Sequence record: SRR31156797_3690 | Direction: 5' to 3' (one strand) | Length of the DNA stretch: 64,000 nt | Part shown: positions 38,421 through 48,974 of the stretch, one piece after another | Position numbering within the stretch: position 1 is the first letter of the stretch | How the letters are laid out: every line of letters starts with the position of its first letter | Translations under genes and position numbers: made by a program | The notes under the pieces: generated by a model | Told to the model about the DNA's origin: nothing | The model's input: only the letters and a program-made list of their open reading frames with translations | Database searches by the model: none

Positions 38421-40691
38421 GTGATGCAAATGGGAAAGTACACGGAACTGAATCGTCAAAAACTATTTAGGGGAATCATTCGTGCCATCAGCTCTTATTT
38501 AATCGTGTTTTTAGTGCCTTTTTTAGCCGTGTCATGGATTTGGTATGATACATCTGTCAAAAGTATCAATGAACAAGTGATGCTGACCGCTAGAAATCAA
38601 TTGATTCAGTTGAAATATTCTTTAGAAAATACGTTTATTCAATTGAATTATCTGACGCAAAAAATGACCAATGATCATGTTGTCTCATTGAAATATTTGC
38701 AGCATCCTTACTTGACCAAAGAAGCAAGAGAGGCCATGCAAACGTACAAAATCACCAACGACTTAGTCGAAGAAGTCTATTTATATTATAAAGAGTCCCC
38801 AGCAACCTTGTATTCAACCGTAGGATCATTCTCTTTTGACACATTTTTGAAAAAAGTACTGCCGAAAAATGAAATGGGCCAGGAACAGTTAGCCGCACAA
38901 TTGGATTCCTCAGCGCCTACATTGTTGACATTAGAAGGCGCCGGTGAGGAGCAGCGATATTCCCGTTTCTTTTATATCGTTCCCATTCAAAGTGAAGAGA
39001 TGACTGTCTATGGCTCAGCGATCTATGAAATCAAAGAGAACAATTTGAAGAGAATTCTTGATCTCAGCAATAACGATGGGATCAGTAACACCTATATTAT
39101 CAATGATGAGTACCAGTTATTAGCCAGTACCACCAATGATGAGTTAGCGCGCTTTTTAAATCATCCCGAACGCATGAAAAAAGGCATTCAAACAGGACGA
39201 ATGCGGTTTGAACAATCAACGTATTTTGTTCAAGCGATTGCCAATAATGAATTGAATATTTCAGTGGTAGCCGTTGCTAATCCGAATCAAGCGCTGGCAT
39301 CGGTCAACCGTGTACAAGAGCAGTTCGTCCTAGTATTTATCGCCATATTATTTACGGGTATCACTGCAGTCGTGATGCTTGGGTTACGTAGTTATCGCCC
39401 AATTCGCAAAATCGAAAATCTGGTTCAGGAGTTTCATCGGGACCCCAAAATGACCCTTCATTCGATGGATGATGTCCATAATACCTTGGCGGCATTTTTG
39501 GTTGAGCACCAAGAACTGCATCAGGAAGTCCGCCTGCAAACACCTCATGCCAGAGAGCAAGTGCTGCGCAAATTAATGAGCGGACGTTTTCGGTCCGAGC
39601 AAGAACTGGCTTTGCTTTTAGAAGCGGTTCATGTCTGCTTTCCTAAGTCAAATTACTTTGTGATCGCCATCGATACGAAAACTGTGGATTCCAAAGCCAA
39701 GCAAGGAGATAAAAAATTTCTGATCGATTATATCGAGGAAATCAAAGAGGCGGATTATACGGCATATGCGACGGAAATTTTATCCAAAGAAATGTTAGCC
39801 TTGACCGTAGGGTTTGTTGATGGCAAAGAACAACAAGAAATTGTGGATGCCATTGCGGAAAAAATTACCCATGCGATCTCCCTAACACCCACAATGGGTG
39901 TCGGTATGACGGTCGATCAACTAACCGCCATCAATGAATCCTATATCGAAGGGTTGGCAGCACTGGAAAATCAAGGGAGTCAAGGCAAGCAAATCAGCTA
40001 CTATGCGGAGCTTTCCAAAGAGACCAATCATTTGCCAATCAATTATCCAGACAATCAAAAATTAAAATTGATCCAAGCCTTGAATCAAGGAAATATTGAG
40101 ATTGCCAGTGAAACGATCCAGCGGTTGATCGAAGAAGGCGAGAGTAAACAGACTTCGCCTCGTGTCCAAAAAATGTATGGCTACTACTTGTTGAATACGA
40201 TCGCGCAAGTCGGCGGTGAATTGGTGGGGGCAGAAGTACTGCATACCGCTTCTGAAAGTGCTGATTTCAACAGCTTGAATCAATTGCAGTCTGCCTTGTT
40301 AACGATTGCCCAGCAGATTTGCACGAAGGTGCAGAAACAGCCGCTGGATGATGAGTCGGAAATGAATGAGAAAATCTTCAGTTTTATCCAAGAAAATTAC
40401 CATTCCTCACAGCTCTCCTTGGAATCGGTGGCAGAGGAGGTTGGTGTTTCTGTCTCTTATGTCAGCCGTTTTGTAAAAAAAGAAAGCGGCAAAACCTTCT
40501 CCAAATATATTCAAGAACTAAGACTGAAAAAAATCAAAGAGGAACTGATTGAAACAGATTTGCCAATCAAAGAAATTATTCGCAACAATGGGTATTATGA
40601 TGTTTCCAATTATACGAGAAAGTTCCGAAAAATAGTGGGTGTGACACCAGGGCAATACCGTGAAATGAACCAAAAAATGAGAAATTATTGA
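38421..40691 (+). CDS. Membrane-anchored AraC family regulator (YtdP-like)
   Basis: Two TM segments around an extracytoplasmic domain; C-terminal AraC HTH (LSLESVAEEVGVSVSYVSRF...GYYDVSNYTRKFRK..GVTPGQYR). Confidence 0.88.
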   Translation: MMQMGKYTELNRQKLFRGIIRAISSYLIVFLVPFLAVSWIWYDTSVKSINEQVMLTARNQLIQLKYSLENTFIQLNYLTQKMTNDHVVSLKYLQHPYLTKEAREAMQTYKITNDLVEEVYLYYKESPATLYSTVGSFSFDTFLKKVLPKNEMGQEQLAAQLDSSAPTLLTLEGAGEEQRYSRFFYIVPIQSEEMTVYGSAIYEIKENNLKRILDLSNNDGISNTYIINDEYQLLASTTNDELARFLNHPERMKKGIQTGRMRFEQSTYFVQAIANNELNISVVAVANPNQALASVNRVQEQFVLVFIAILFTGITAVVMLGLRSYRPIRKIENLVQEFHRDPKMTLHSMDDVHNTLAAFLVEHQELHQEVRLQTPHAREQVLRKLMSGRFRSEQELALLLEAVHVCFPKSNYFVIAIDTKTVDSKAKQGDKKFLIDYIEEIKEADYTAYATEILSKEMLALTVGFVDGKEQQEIVDAIAEKITHAISLTPTMGVGMTVDQLTAINESYIEGLAALENQGSQGKQISYYAELSKETNHLPINYPDNQKLKLIQALNQGNIEIASETIQRLIEEGESKQTSPRVQKMYGYYLLNTIAQVGGELVGAEVLHTASESADFNSLNQLQSALLTIAQQICTKVQKQPLDDESEMNEKIFSFIQENYHSSQLSLESVAEEVGVSVSYVSRFVKKESGKTFSKYIQELRLKKIKEELIETDLPIKEIIRNNGYYDVSNYTRKFRKIVGVTPGQYREMNQKMRNY

Positions 40692-40695
40692 AAGT

Positions 40696-42012
40696 ATGGG
40701 GGAAAATGAGATGAACAAACAAGTTGATTTGACAAAAGTTCAGCAACGAGCAGCCGTCTTTTTTGAGGAAATAGGTTGGCAGTCGGCGAAAGATCCGTTA
40801 CCGAAAATAGTGATCGATCCGCAGCTGGATGCTGATTTTCGATTTGAAAACCAAACAATCAGTGTGTCCTCGCCAGAACATGCCTTTTACGCGTTAACCA
40901 AATATGGCCGAGATCAGGCGACGGGTCAATTAGCACAGAAAAGCTATCTAGCAGCGCTTAAAGAACGCTGTCTGATGATCGATATCGGGCGCAAATTTTA
41001 TTCGCTAGCTGATTTGAAAGCAATCGTCCGCAGCATGGCTTGCTTCCAATTCACGCATCTGCAACTTCATTTTTCGGAAAACGAAGGCTTTCGGATTGAA
41101 TCCCAGCAATTTCCAGAAATTGTTTCGGAAGAATGTTTGACCAAGCAAGAAATTCGTGAATTGATTGCGTATGCTCGAAATCATGCAATTGCCATTATCC
41201 CTGATTTTGATTCTCCTGGTCATTTGCGTCAAGTCCTAGCACAAAAACCTCAATGGCAATTGCCGACAGCAGATGGCACTCGTGATGATCGAGCACTGAA
41301 CATTTTGGATTCAGAAGCGGTAGCCTTTATTCAGGAAGTTTATCGAGAATATGCGCAACTGTTTGAAGACAGCACCTATTTTCACATCGGGGCCGATGAG
41401 TTTATTGATTTTGACCAGTTAGAAAACTTTCCACAAATGATCGAAGCTGCCCGCGAGCGTTATGGGGAAAAAGCCAGCGGAATCGAAGTCTTTATTGATT
41501 ATGTCAATGAGCTGGCGGCCTTTGTTGAAAGTCTCGGCTTTGTTGTGCGGGTCTGGAATGATGGTTTTTACCGCTTGAATCGCCAAGAGCAGACAACGTT
41601 GACGGAGAATTGTCAAATCTCCTATTGGACCCGTTGGAACCAGAATATGGCGCCGGCGGATGTCTTTTTTGAAAAGGGCTATACCATGATCAATCACAAT
41701 GATAATTTTTTCTATTATGTCTTAGGAGAAGCGGCAGGGTATACCTACCCAACTTACGAAAAAATCAGCAATGAATTCCAGTTGACTACGTTTGCCAATG
41801 GACAACAAGTTGCACAGGAACAGCTTGCCCAAACACAGGCGATCGCTTTATCCGTCTGGGCGGATGTACCTGAGGCTCAGACTAGTCGTGAAGTGATCCA
41901 AGCGATTTTTTGGCTCCAAACGGCCATTAGCCAAAAAGTTTATAATGAGCCAAATCGACCAAAAGAGACATTTCGAAAGCTTTATGATGGGTGGGAAGCG
42001 ACATTTAGCTGA
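40696..42012 (+). CDS. GH20 glycoside hydrolase (beta-hexosaminidase / lacto-N-biosidase-like)
   Basis: DIGRKFY, HFSENEGFR, DFDSPGH, HIGADE catalytic pair, WNDG, SVWAD. Confidence 0.85.
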   Translation: MGENEMNKQVDLTKVQQRAAVFFEEIGWQSAKDPLPKIVIDPQLDADFRFENQTISVSSPEHAFYALTKYGRDQATGQLAQKSYLAALKERCLMIDIGRKFYSLADLKAIVRSMACFQFTHLQLHFSENEGFRIESQQFPEIVSEECLTKQEIRELIAYARNHAIAIIPDFDSPGHLRQVLAQKPQWQLPTADGTRDDRALNILDSEAVAFIQEVYREYAQLFEDSTYFHIGADEFIDFDQLENFPQMIEAARERYGEKASGIEVFIDYVNELAAFVESLGFVVRVWNDGFYRLNRQEQTTLTENCQISYWTRWNQNMAPADVFFEKGYTMINHNDNFFYYVLGEAAGYTYPTYEKISNEFQLTTFANGQQVAQEQLAQTQAIALSVWADVPEAQTSREVIQAIFWLQTAISQKVYNEPNRPKETFRKLYDGWEATFS

Positions 42013-42162
42013 TTGTTAGAGGAATTGGGTGAAAGGGCACATCGCTGACAATCCCTGTTGTTTTCTTTATGATGAATAAGTTTAGCGACAAGTGAAACAA
42101 AAGCCAATAGTATTTTGATAAAATGAACGTAACTCCGAGTGAGGGGAGAAATGGAGCAATAA

Positions 42163-42663
42163 GTGATCATAGACATTCAACCGTTGAAGAAAAAAGATAT
42201 CCTTGAAATGGATCAAATGTTTTTAAAGCAAGGGTGGCCTTCTCGCCAGCAGCTCTTGATGGAGTATTTAAACGAGCAAGAAGCGGGGGAGAGATACATT
42301 TTGCTTGCCAAAATAAACAACAAAACTGCCGGGTATTTGACATTGGTCCCTCTAGCAAAGCACGGACCATTTAAAGTCTTGTACCCAGAAATTGTGGATT
42401 TTAATGTTTTTGAATCTTATCAAAAACAAGGGGTAGGCAGTCAGCTTTTAAAAGCAGCCGAAGAAAAGGCACGAGAAATAGCTGCCGTGGTGACATTAGG
42501 GGTAGGTTTACACAATGGTTATGGATCGGCCCAGAGACTGTATGTAAAACAAGGCTATATTCCAGATGGATCTGGTGTTTGGTTCAATAATCAGAATTGT
42601 GCGATGAATGTGCCTTGTTGTAACAATGACGATCTTGTTCTTTATTTGTCTAAGGAACTTTGA
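42163..42663 (+). CDS. GNAT family N-acetyltransferase
   Basis: YQKQGVGSQLL acetyl-CoA motif, LGVGL, AQRLYVKQGYIPDG. Confidence 0.88.
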   Translation: MIIDIQPLKKKDILEMDQMFLKQGWPSRQQLLMEYLNEQEAGERYILLAKINNKTAGYLTLVPLAKHGPFKVLYPEIVDFNVFESYQKQGVGSQLLKAAEEKAREIAAVVTLGVGLHNGYGSAQRLYVKQGYIPDGSGVWFNNQNCAMNVPCCNNDDLVLYLSKEL

Positions 42664-42795
42664 CCCTCCCGTGGTAAGTACCTTTAAAAAAGGATTAATC
42701 CCACAGCTTGTTTGCATGTTCTCATCACCTGTTCAACAAGCTAGCTCGCTACTTTCGTATAAGCGAATTTGGGGAGTTTTTGAAAAAATAGCCAT

Positions 42796-42835
42796 AAAAA
42801 ATGACTAGAAACGATCAGTTTCTAGTCATTTTTTT
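42796..42835. terminator. Bidirectional terminator
   Basis: AAAAAATGACTAGAAAC-GATCA-GTTTCTAGTCATTTTTT. Confidence 0.85.
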
Positions 42836-42901
42836 GTAAAGAAAGTAAGGACAATGTTTTTGTATCAATAAGATATTCATTTAGTACAGTGCAATAGGCG
42901 C

Positions 42902-44206
42902 TTATATTTCTTTTAAAGTGATTTCGACCACTGGTACCAACACATCTGGGGGGCAGACGGGTAAGCTGAGAACAAGGTCCTCTTTGTTGATGATGGCTTC
43001 CGTTGACGTGAGAACTTCCTTGGGATCAAATCCTCGATAAAACAACTCGGAGCCATCATGTAAGAAACGGATATGCTTCACGCATCCTGCAAGTCCCGGA
43101 AGATGCAAGGATTTGTAGGGGTAGGAGAAGAGGTGCAAGTAAAGTTTATTCCCGTTTTGGGTGTAACGACTGTCAATAGGCGGTTGAAAAGTGCTGGCAC
43201 CACAGCCGATAATCGCTTGCTGATGATAATGCATCCATGAACCGATGGCTTCTAAATGGCCACGAGTTGGTAAGTTGATTTCTCCACGAGCATTCGGGCC
43301 GATATTTAAGAGAAAGTTCCCATCTTTTGCTACTGTGTCAATCAGCATTTTGGTCATCATTTCACTGGATTTCCAGTGCTGAGCATCACGATCATAGCCC
43401 CACGTTTCGTACATCGTTTGGCACGCTTCCCATATTAAAGGCAATCCATTCGCTTCTAATGGTTTGTCTGGTTGGAATTGCTCAGGGGTGGTAATCCCGC
43501 GGCCCAAATCCAAACGGTCATTCAGCAGCATGTTCGGTTGCAGGTTTCGACAAATTTTTTCGATCCGTTCGCTATCCCAGTCGGCGGCACCTTTGCCTTT
43601 TGACCAGCCCCAATCTCGATGGCTATAAGGAAAATCAAACCACATATAATCAATGGTCCCATAATTGGTCAATAGTTCGGTGACTTGACCAGCCAAAAAA
43701 TCTTGATAACGGCGCATGTCCCGCTGGTCATTAGTTTGACGGGCTTGAATAGTCTCTCGTTGCGGATGCAGGCCGTCGAGCGTGAAATCTGGATGATACC
43801 AATCGATCAGCGAATGATACAGTCCGACCTTAATGCCGACCTTGCGAAATGCCGGCAGCAGTTCTGCTAAGAGGTCTCGCTTGAATGGGGTGTTGGTTAC
43901 TTTGTAGTCGCTGAGCGCGGTGTCCCAAAGGGCAAAGCCTTCATGATGTTTCGTCGTGAAGACCATGTATTTAAAACCGGCCTTCTTTGCGGTTTGAGCC
44001 CATTCCTCCGCGTTGAAAAGATCAGGATCAAACTGAGAAAAATAGTTCTCGCGATAGGTGGTGGGTTCAATTTTTTCTGTCGTCATAAACCATTCGTGTC
44101 GAGCGCCAATACTGAATAGGCCGAAATGGATGAATAAGCCAAACCGATCATGGAGGAACCAGTTTGGATCAGGGTAGTTGGCAGGCCAATTCTTATACGT
44201 TCTCAT
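42902..44206 (-). CDS. GH29 alpha-L-fucosidase
   Basis: RFGLFIHFG, TTKHHEGF, YHSLIDW, MWFD nucleophile, GNFLLNIGP. Confidence 0.92.
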   Translation of the reverse strand: MRTYKNWPANYPDPNWFLHDRFGLFIHFGLFSIGARHEWFMTTEKIEPTTYRENYFSQFDPDLFNAEEWAQTAKKAGFKYMVFTTKHHEGFALWDTALSDYKVTNTPFKRDLLAELLPAFRKVGIKVGLYHSLIDWYHPDFTLDGLHPQRETIQARQTNDQRDMRRYQDFLAGQVTELLTNYGTIDYMWFDFPYSHRDWGWSKGKGAADWDSERIEKICRNLQPNMLLNDRLDLGRGITTPEQFQPDKPLEANGLPLIWEACQTMYETWGYDRDAQHWKSSEMMTKMLIDTVAKDGNFLLNIGPNARGEINLPTRGHLEAIGSWMHYHQQAIIGCGASTFQPPIDSRYTQNGNKLYLHLFSYPYKSLHLPGLAGCVKHIRFLHDGSELFYRGFDPKEVLTSTEAIINKEDLVLSLPVCPPDVLVPVVEITLKEI

Positions 44207-44231
44207 TAAAAATCACTCCTTTTTCACTCAC

Positions 44232-44729
44232 TTAAAGAAATTCTGTATTCGTCATGACTGTTTCTTGAATTTTCCAGCCATCTGCTTCCTTAACGAAAGT
44301 ATGGTAAGCCTCTGTGATGTGATCACGGTAGGAAGAATCTTTTGGGCTGATCGTTTTCTGCTGCGCCGCGACCAGCATGGATCCTGTCTCTTGTTTAACG
44401 ACTTCAAAAGAAAGCAGCGTGTGCTGCAGCTGTTCTTCTGCAAAAAAATCAGCCAATTCTTGGCTCGTCTCTGCTCGCGCCGCTGCCACGAGCGTGGCGG
44501 CATAAGCTGTCGCATCTTGGTCAGAGGCTGCTTGTAAATTTTCTTTCAGCACTGCCAAACAAGCCTCCGCCGCTGCTTGATTTGTAATATTACCTGTCAT
44601 CTCCAGTTTTTCTGAAGGTTGGGCATGAACTGGAGCAGAAGAATCGGTTGTTAGAAAATAGAGAAAGAATAGGCTAACAACAGCCAGCAAACTCACGATG
44701 ATGGTTCGGCGCAGCAAGGATGTTTTCAT
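44232..44729 (-). CDS. Membrane-anchored hypothetical protein (possible NTF2-like fold)
   Basis: N-terminal TM helix; C-terminal HTFVKEADGWKI pattern; inside the glycosidase operon. Confidence 0.7.
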   Translation of the reverse strand: MKTSLLRRTIIVSLLAVVSLFFLYFLTTDSSAPVHAQPSEKLEMTGNITNQAAAEACLAVLKENLQAASDQDATAYAATLVAAARAETSQELADFFAEEQLQHTLLSFEVVKQETGSMLVAAQQKTISPKDSSYRDHITEAYHTFVKEADGWKIQETVMTNTEFL

Positions 44730-44747
44730 AAGTTCTCACTCCTTCTT

Positions 44748-46619
44748 TTAAACATCAGAAATTTTCCCCGCACTATAGATTCCATGAAATAAATTGCGAC
44801 CCACAGAAGTGTTGCCGCTGAAAGGGGTCACCATTGGTAAGGACGGTTGAGTCAATTCTTCCAAAGTATCGAGCTCCCCGTCCAAGAAGGCAGTAAGCCG
44901 CCAGAGTGTCGTGTCACAGCGCATCAGCAGGGCCCCATAGCGCAGATCGATAATCTCAAAACCGAAAGGTCGATTCCAGTCGAACCAGACTTGACGATGG
45001 GCTTCATAAAGGGATTGCAAGGCGGATTTATAGACACTGAGCTCATCGACTGCTTGGCGCAATTCCGTGAAGTCCTTGCTTTTATAGGCACTGGTGATTT
45101 GGTCGGTAATACAGGCTTTTTGTGCCAAAACATCAGCCAGCTGCTGATAAAAGGCAAACATCGTTTGTGTGTCCCGTGTTGATTTCACAGCGGCCAACTC
45201 TTGAGCCAATGCTTGATAGTGGGATGCTAAAGAAAGATCGGTTAAGTTTTCCTGATACAAACCATACAGCAAGTCTTGGTAGAGCAGTAGCTTGCTGGGG
45301 TTTTCTCCGTGAGGATTGTTTTCTGGTACACCTGCAGTTTGATCAAAACGATCAAGCAGCAAGAAATCGCTACTAACTGACTGGTGAAAGAGCTGGAATT
45401 TTTCATTTAATTTCTCTAACGAAAGGTCGTTTCCAAACTGCGCTTCACTGAAATATTGCAAACCTAGTAGCGCAGCAATCAATGGTGTTTCGGCTCCGTC
45501 GTCGCCCCAAAGTGTGGCATAAACTTCCTGAACATCGTTTTCTTTGGCGGCTTGCAAGGCATGACGCATGGTGGCAAAACTTTTGCCATAGTTCGGCGCC
45601 AAACCGTTCCAAGTCCAGATACCTCCAGCAAAGACGATCGGCTGTTTTAATTCCCGATGTTTCGCAAACATTCGCTGATAAGAGGCATGATCATGGTGGT
45701 AATAATCCCAGTAAACCATTTTGACAGCAGGAAGGTCAGCAAACAATTCTGTTGGAAAACACACGTCTGGATCGTAATAATCACCAGTAGGTGCACCGAT
45801 CCTAAAAAACATATCGCTCCACATCATCGGCTTAAAACCCACTTTTTGACAAAGCGCAGCTACCCGCTGCAGATGTTCGGCCATAATCGAGAAACGGTCT
45901 TTTAAACCGTGCAATACCAAATATCTTCCTTTCCCCAATTGGTGTGCTTCATCCATGCCAATGTGTAGCTGATCCGTCGTAAAACACGAACGGATCGAAC
46001 GGATCGCTGCTTCCAAAAAGGTATACGTTTCTTCTTCTCCCACCAGTAAAATATCTTCCGTGTCCCGAATGTTTTTAGCAAATCCCCATTTTAAGGGATT
46101 CGTTAAGTGTGCCAATGTTTGAATCGCCGGAATCAAAGTTACACCTATAGATTGCGCGTAGCTATCAAGCTTCTTTAACTCACCTTGTGTATAACGGCCT
46201 CGTAAATGACCAAAATAAGGATACTCTGGAATTTCATAAGTGTCTTCCATATAAAGCGTGAGACGATTAAGCCCCATCTTGCTTGTCAATAGAATAAAGC
46301 GTTGCAGTTTTTCAACGGTCATTACTGCATTGCGGGACAGATCGATCATTGGTCCAATTGCTTCAAAATGCGGCTGTTCTTCTAAGACATAGACTGGGCG
46401 GTCTTCATGCACCCATAAAGTTAATGCCCGAAATAAATGGGCCTTTTCTTGATAGTAAATGATTGTTTCTAGCGGACCGTGACAAATTTTCAGAGAACCG
46501 GGCCGTTGAATCAGCTGTAATGGATGCCCTTGCGGTGATTCTCGCAACGCTAGTTCCGGTAGTATGTGACTAAAAAAATCATCAAGATTTTCATTACTTT
46601 GGATAAAAATGTCTTTCAT
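44748..46619 (-). CDS. GH20 beta-N-acetylhexosaminidase (GcnA-like)
   Basis: MIDLSRNAV, YMEDTYE, IQTLAHL, HIGMDEA, MWSDMFF, TLWGDDG. Confidence 0.9.
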   Translation of the reverse strand: MKDIFIQSNENLDDFFSHILPELALRESPQGHPLQLIQRPGSLKICHGPLETIIYYQEKAHLFRALTLWVHEDRPVYVLEEQPHFEAIGPMIDLSRNAVMTVEKLQRFILLTSKMGLNRLTLYMEDTYEIPEYPYFGHLRGRYTQGELKKLDSYAQSIGVTLIPAIQTLAHLTNPLKWGFAKNIRDTEDILLVGEEETYTFLEAAIRSIRSCFTTDQLHIGMDEAHQLGKGRYLVLHGLKDRFSIMAEHLQRVAALCQKVGFKPMMWSDMFFRIGAPTGDYYDPDVCFPTELFADLPAVKMVYWDYYHHDHASYQRMFAKHRELKQPIVFAGGIWTWNGLAPNYGKSFATMRHALQAAKENDVQEVYATLWGDDGAETPLIAALLGLQYFSEAQFGNDLSLEKLNEKFQLFHQSVSSDFLLLDRFDQTAGVPENNPHGENPSKLLLYQDLLYGLYQENLTDLSLASHYQALAQELAAVKSTRDTQTMFAFYQQLADVLAQKACITDQITSAYKSKDFTELRQAVDELSVYKSALQSLYEAHRQVWFDWNRPFGFEIIDLRYGALLMRCDTTLWRLTAFLDGELDTLEELTQPSLPMVTPFSGNTSVGRNLFHGIYSAGKISDV

Positions 46620-46634
46620 TACGAACGTCCCTTC

Positions 46635-47264
46635 TTAAGTTTCTTTTATCAGCAATGATTCTGAACGTTGGATCGCTTGAAAAGAGAACCAACTATTTGG
46701 AAAAAGGAAAAAAGGAACAAAGCCGATGACTAATAAAATCGGTAAAAAAGTCAAAATGATTGTAGTTACTAAGATTCCCAAAATCATCGCAATCGTTTGG
46801 GGAATACTGATAACCATCAGTATTACTGCTTGCTTAAAATAGTGAAGAAGGGGCAAGTCATAACGCAAATACACTGGCAGCAGATACAAGCTGATCAAAA
46901 GGGCACTGATAAACAACAGCAGCAAAAAAAAGTGAATCAAGCTATTTTGGATAAAGGTACTAGAGATGCGCAATTCTAGCCATAAGAAAAGCAGCAAACC
47001 CGCCTGCATGGCTCCTAATTGATTGGCGCGACGGAAATTTTTTTTCACGACAGTTCTGAACCAAGGCTTCAAAGCCGCTGGGCGTTCCTTTTTTTGGAAA
47101 CTGTTGAAAAAAGCTTGGATAATCGTAGCGGTGGCAGGGAAAATGCCTAAAAATATCCCATATCGAAATACCCAATAAAACCAAAGAAACTGCAATTTTA
47201 GGCAATGGAGGAGCCATTCACCGACTTGATAGGAAACATGATAAAGACCATTGGATTGTTTCAT
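46635..47264 (-). CDS. YesL/DUF624 family membrane protein
   Basis: GIFLGIFPAT motif, multi-TM, typical of sugar ABC loci. Confidence 0.8.
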   Translation of the reverse strand: MKQSNGLYHVSYQVGEWLLHCLKLQFLWFYWVFRYGIFLGIFPATATIIQAFFNSFQKKERPAALKPWFRTVVKKNFRRANQLGAMQAGLLLFLWLELRISSTFIQNSLIHFFLLLLFISALLISLYLLPVYLRYDLPLLHYFKQAVILMVISIPQTIAMILGILVTTIILTFLPILLVIGFVPFFLFPNSWFSFQAIQRSESLLIKET

Positions 47265-47560
47265 AAAATCCTCACTTTCTTACGGATTACCATTTTGTAT
47301 CCGCTTTAATTGTTGTCCTTATCGTACCATTGATCCATGGATAATGGGCATGGATGAAAAAATCACACATCCCATACAGGAAAAACACAGCAAATATGTT
47401 TGACCCGCTTTATTTCTCCTCACGTTTTTATGGAAGGAAGCTTTCTTCATTACAAATTTTGCAAACGCTCTTGCTTGGTTTAACACAGTGAAAAAAGTTA
47501 CATATTGTTAGATGGACTTTTTTTCGCTTACATTTAGAACAAAGAAAGGAGTGCAAATGC

Positions 47561-48919
47561 ATGACAAAAATTCGCGGCGATATTGAAGAAGCCAAGGAGA
47601 GAGAGCAAGCAGCGTGGGTCCCAGAAACAGAAATGCTCAAGCAGCGTCTGGAATGGTTTCAAGACTTGAAATTCGGAGTAATCTTCCATTATGGGCTGTA
47701 TGCTGAAGCGGGGATCGTTGAATCATGGCAATTATCTGAAAAAGATGAATGGGCTAGAGAAAACCAGCCCTATCGAGAAACTATCGAAGCACTGCGTTTG
47801 GATTATTGGCAGTTGATTAATCAATTTGAGCCGAAGAAGCTGGATACCCGTAAATGGGCCAAGATCTGTAAGAAGGCGGGATTTAAGTACTGTTTATTCA
47901 CAACAAAGCATCATGATGGGTTTTCGATGTTCAACACAATGGAGTCAGAGTTTAAAATCGGCGGGAAATTAAGTCCCTTTAAACGCGACATTTTACAAGA
48001 AGTGTTTACGGCGTTTCAAGAAGCAGGGATTGCAACAGGAGCCTACTATTCTAAAGCTGACTGGTATTCTCCTTTTTACTGGTTGGATGATGATACCGTC
48101 AAAGGCCGTCATGCCAGCTATGACACCCACCTTCACCCAGAAATCTGGGCGCGCTATGTGTCATTTGTGCATCGTCAGATTGTAGAGATTACTTCCAATT
48201 ACGGAAAAGTCGATTTTCTTTGGCTAGATGCCGGTTGGTGCGGGCAAGGAAAAGAAGACCTACAAATGGATCGTTTAGCTGAGATTGCACGTGAGAAACA
48301 GCCGGAATTGATCATCGTTGATCGAATGATGGGTGGCCGTCATGAAAACTATGTGACACCAGAACGCAAAATTCCTGCATTAGCAGAAATTCCTAAAAAA
48401 GTTTGGGAAAGCAATATCCCGATTGGGAATGATTGGGGATATGTGCCAAATGATACCTTCAAGAGCAGCCAAGAACTGCTGGAAACCTTGATTGAGGTAG
48501 TCAGCAAAGGGGGAAATTTGATTTTAGGTGTCGGCCCAACACCTGATGGCGAATTTACATTCGAAGAGACCCAACGCTTAGAAGAAATCGGCAATTGGTT
48601 GGCGCTATATGGTGAAGGCATCTATGAAACGCGGGCGAACCCAATAGCTTGGCCAAATGAATGGCATTTGACCTATCAAAAAGAGGGCAAGGCTCATTTT
48701 GCATTTCGCAGTATCGCTGCAGGCGCTTTCGAACAGATTCCTTTAACAGAGATTGGCGCAACTGAAGAAGACGAGCTAATTGATCTAGCCACTAAAAAAG
48801 CGTTGCCAGTCTATAAAAACGCTACCGAACCGTACCTCTTATGGTCGGATATCAGTCAGCCGAACGTTGGGGCAGTTGGGATTCGCGTTTCGACACATAG
48901 GGAAAAAAATACACATTGA
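47561..48919 (+). CDS. GH29 alpha-L-fucosidase
   Basis: KFGVIFHYG, TTKHHDGF, YYSKADW, LWLDAGW nucleophile, GGNLILGVGP. Confidence 0.92.
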   Translation: MTKIRGDIEEAKEREQAAWVPETEMLKQRLEWFQDLKFGVIFHYGLYAEAGIVESWQLSEKDEWARENQPYRETIEALRLDYWQLINQFEPKKLDTRKWAKICKKAGFKYCLFTTKHHDGFSMFNTMESEFKIGGKLSPFKRDILQEVFTAFQEAGIATGAYYSKADWYSPFYWLDDDTVKGRHASYDTHLHPEIWARYVSFVHRQIVEITSNYGKVDFLWLDAGWCGQGKEDLQMDRLAEIAREKQPELIIVDRMMGGRHENYVTPERKIPALAEIPKKVWESNIPIGNDWGYVPNDTFKSSQELLETLIEVVSKGGNLILGVGPTPDGEFTFEETQRLEEIGNWLALYGEGIYETRANPIAWPNEWHLTYQKEGKAHFAFRSIAAGAFEQIPLTEIGATEEDELIDLATKKALPVYKNATEPYLLWSDISQPNVGAVGIRVSTHREKNTH

Positions 48920-48921
48920 TT

Positions 48922-48935
48922 TGAAAGCGAATACA
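48922..48935 (+). promoter_or_regulatory. Putative cre (CcpA) site
   Basis: TGAAAGCGAATACA, close to the cre consensus, just upstream of the ABC permease. Confidence 0.6.
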
Positions 48936-48974
48936 ATTCATGATAAGGCTAACACCAAGCAAGGAGGAGGAAGA

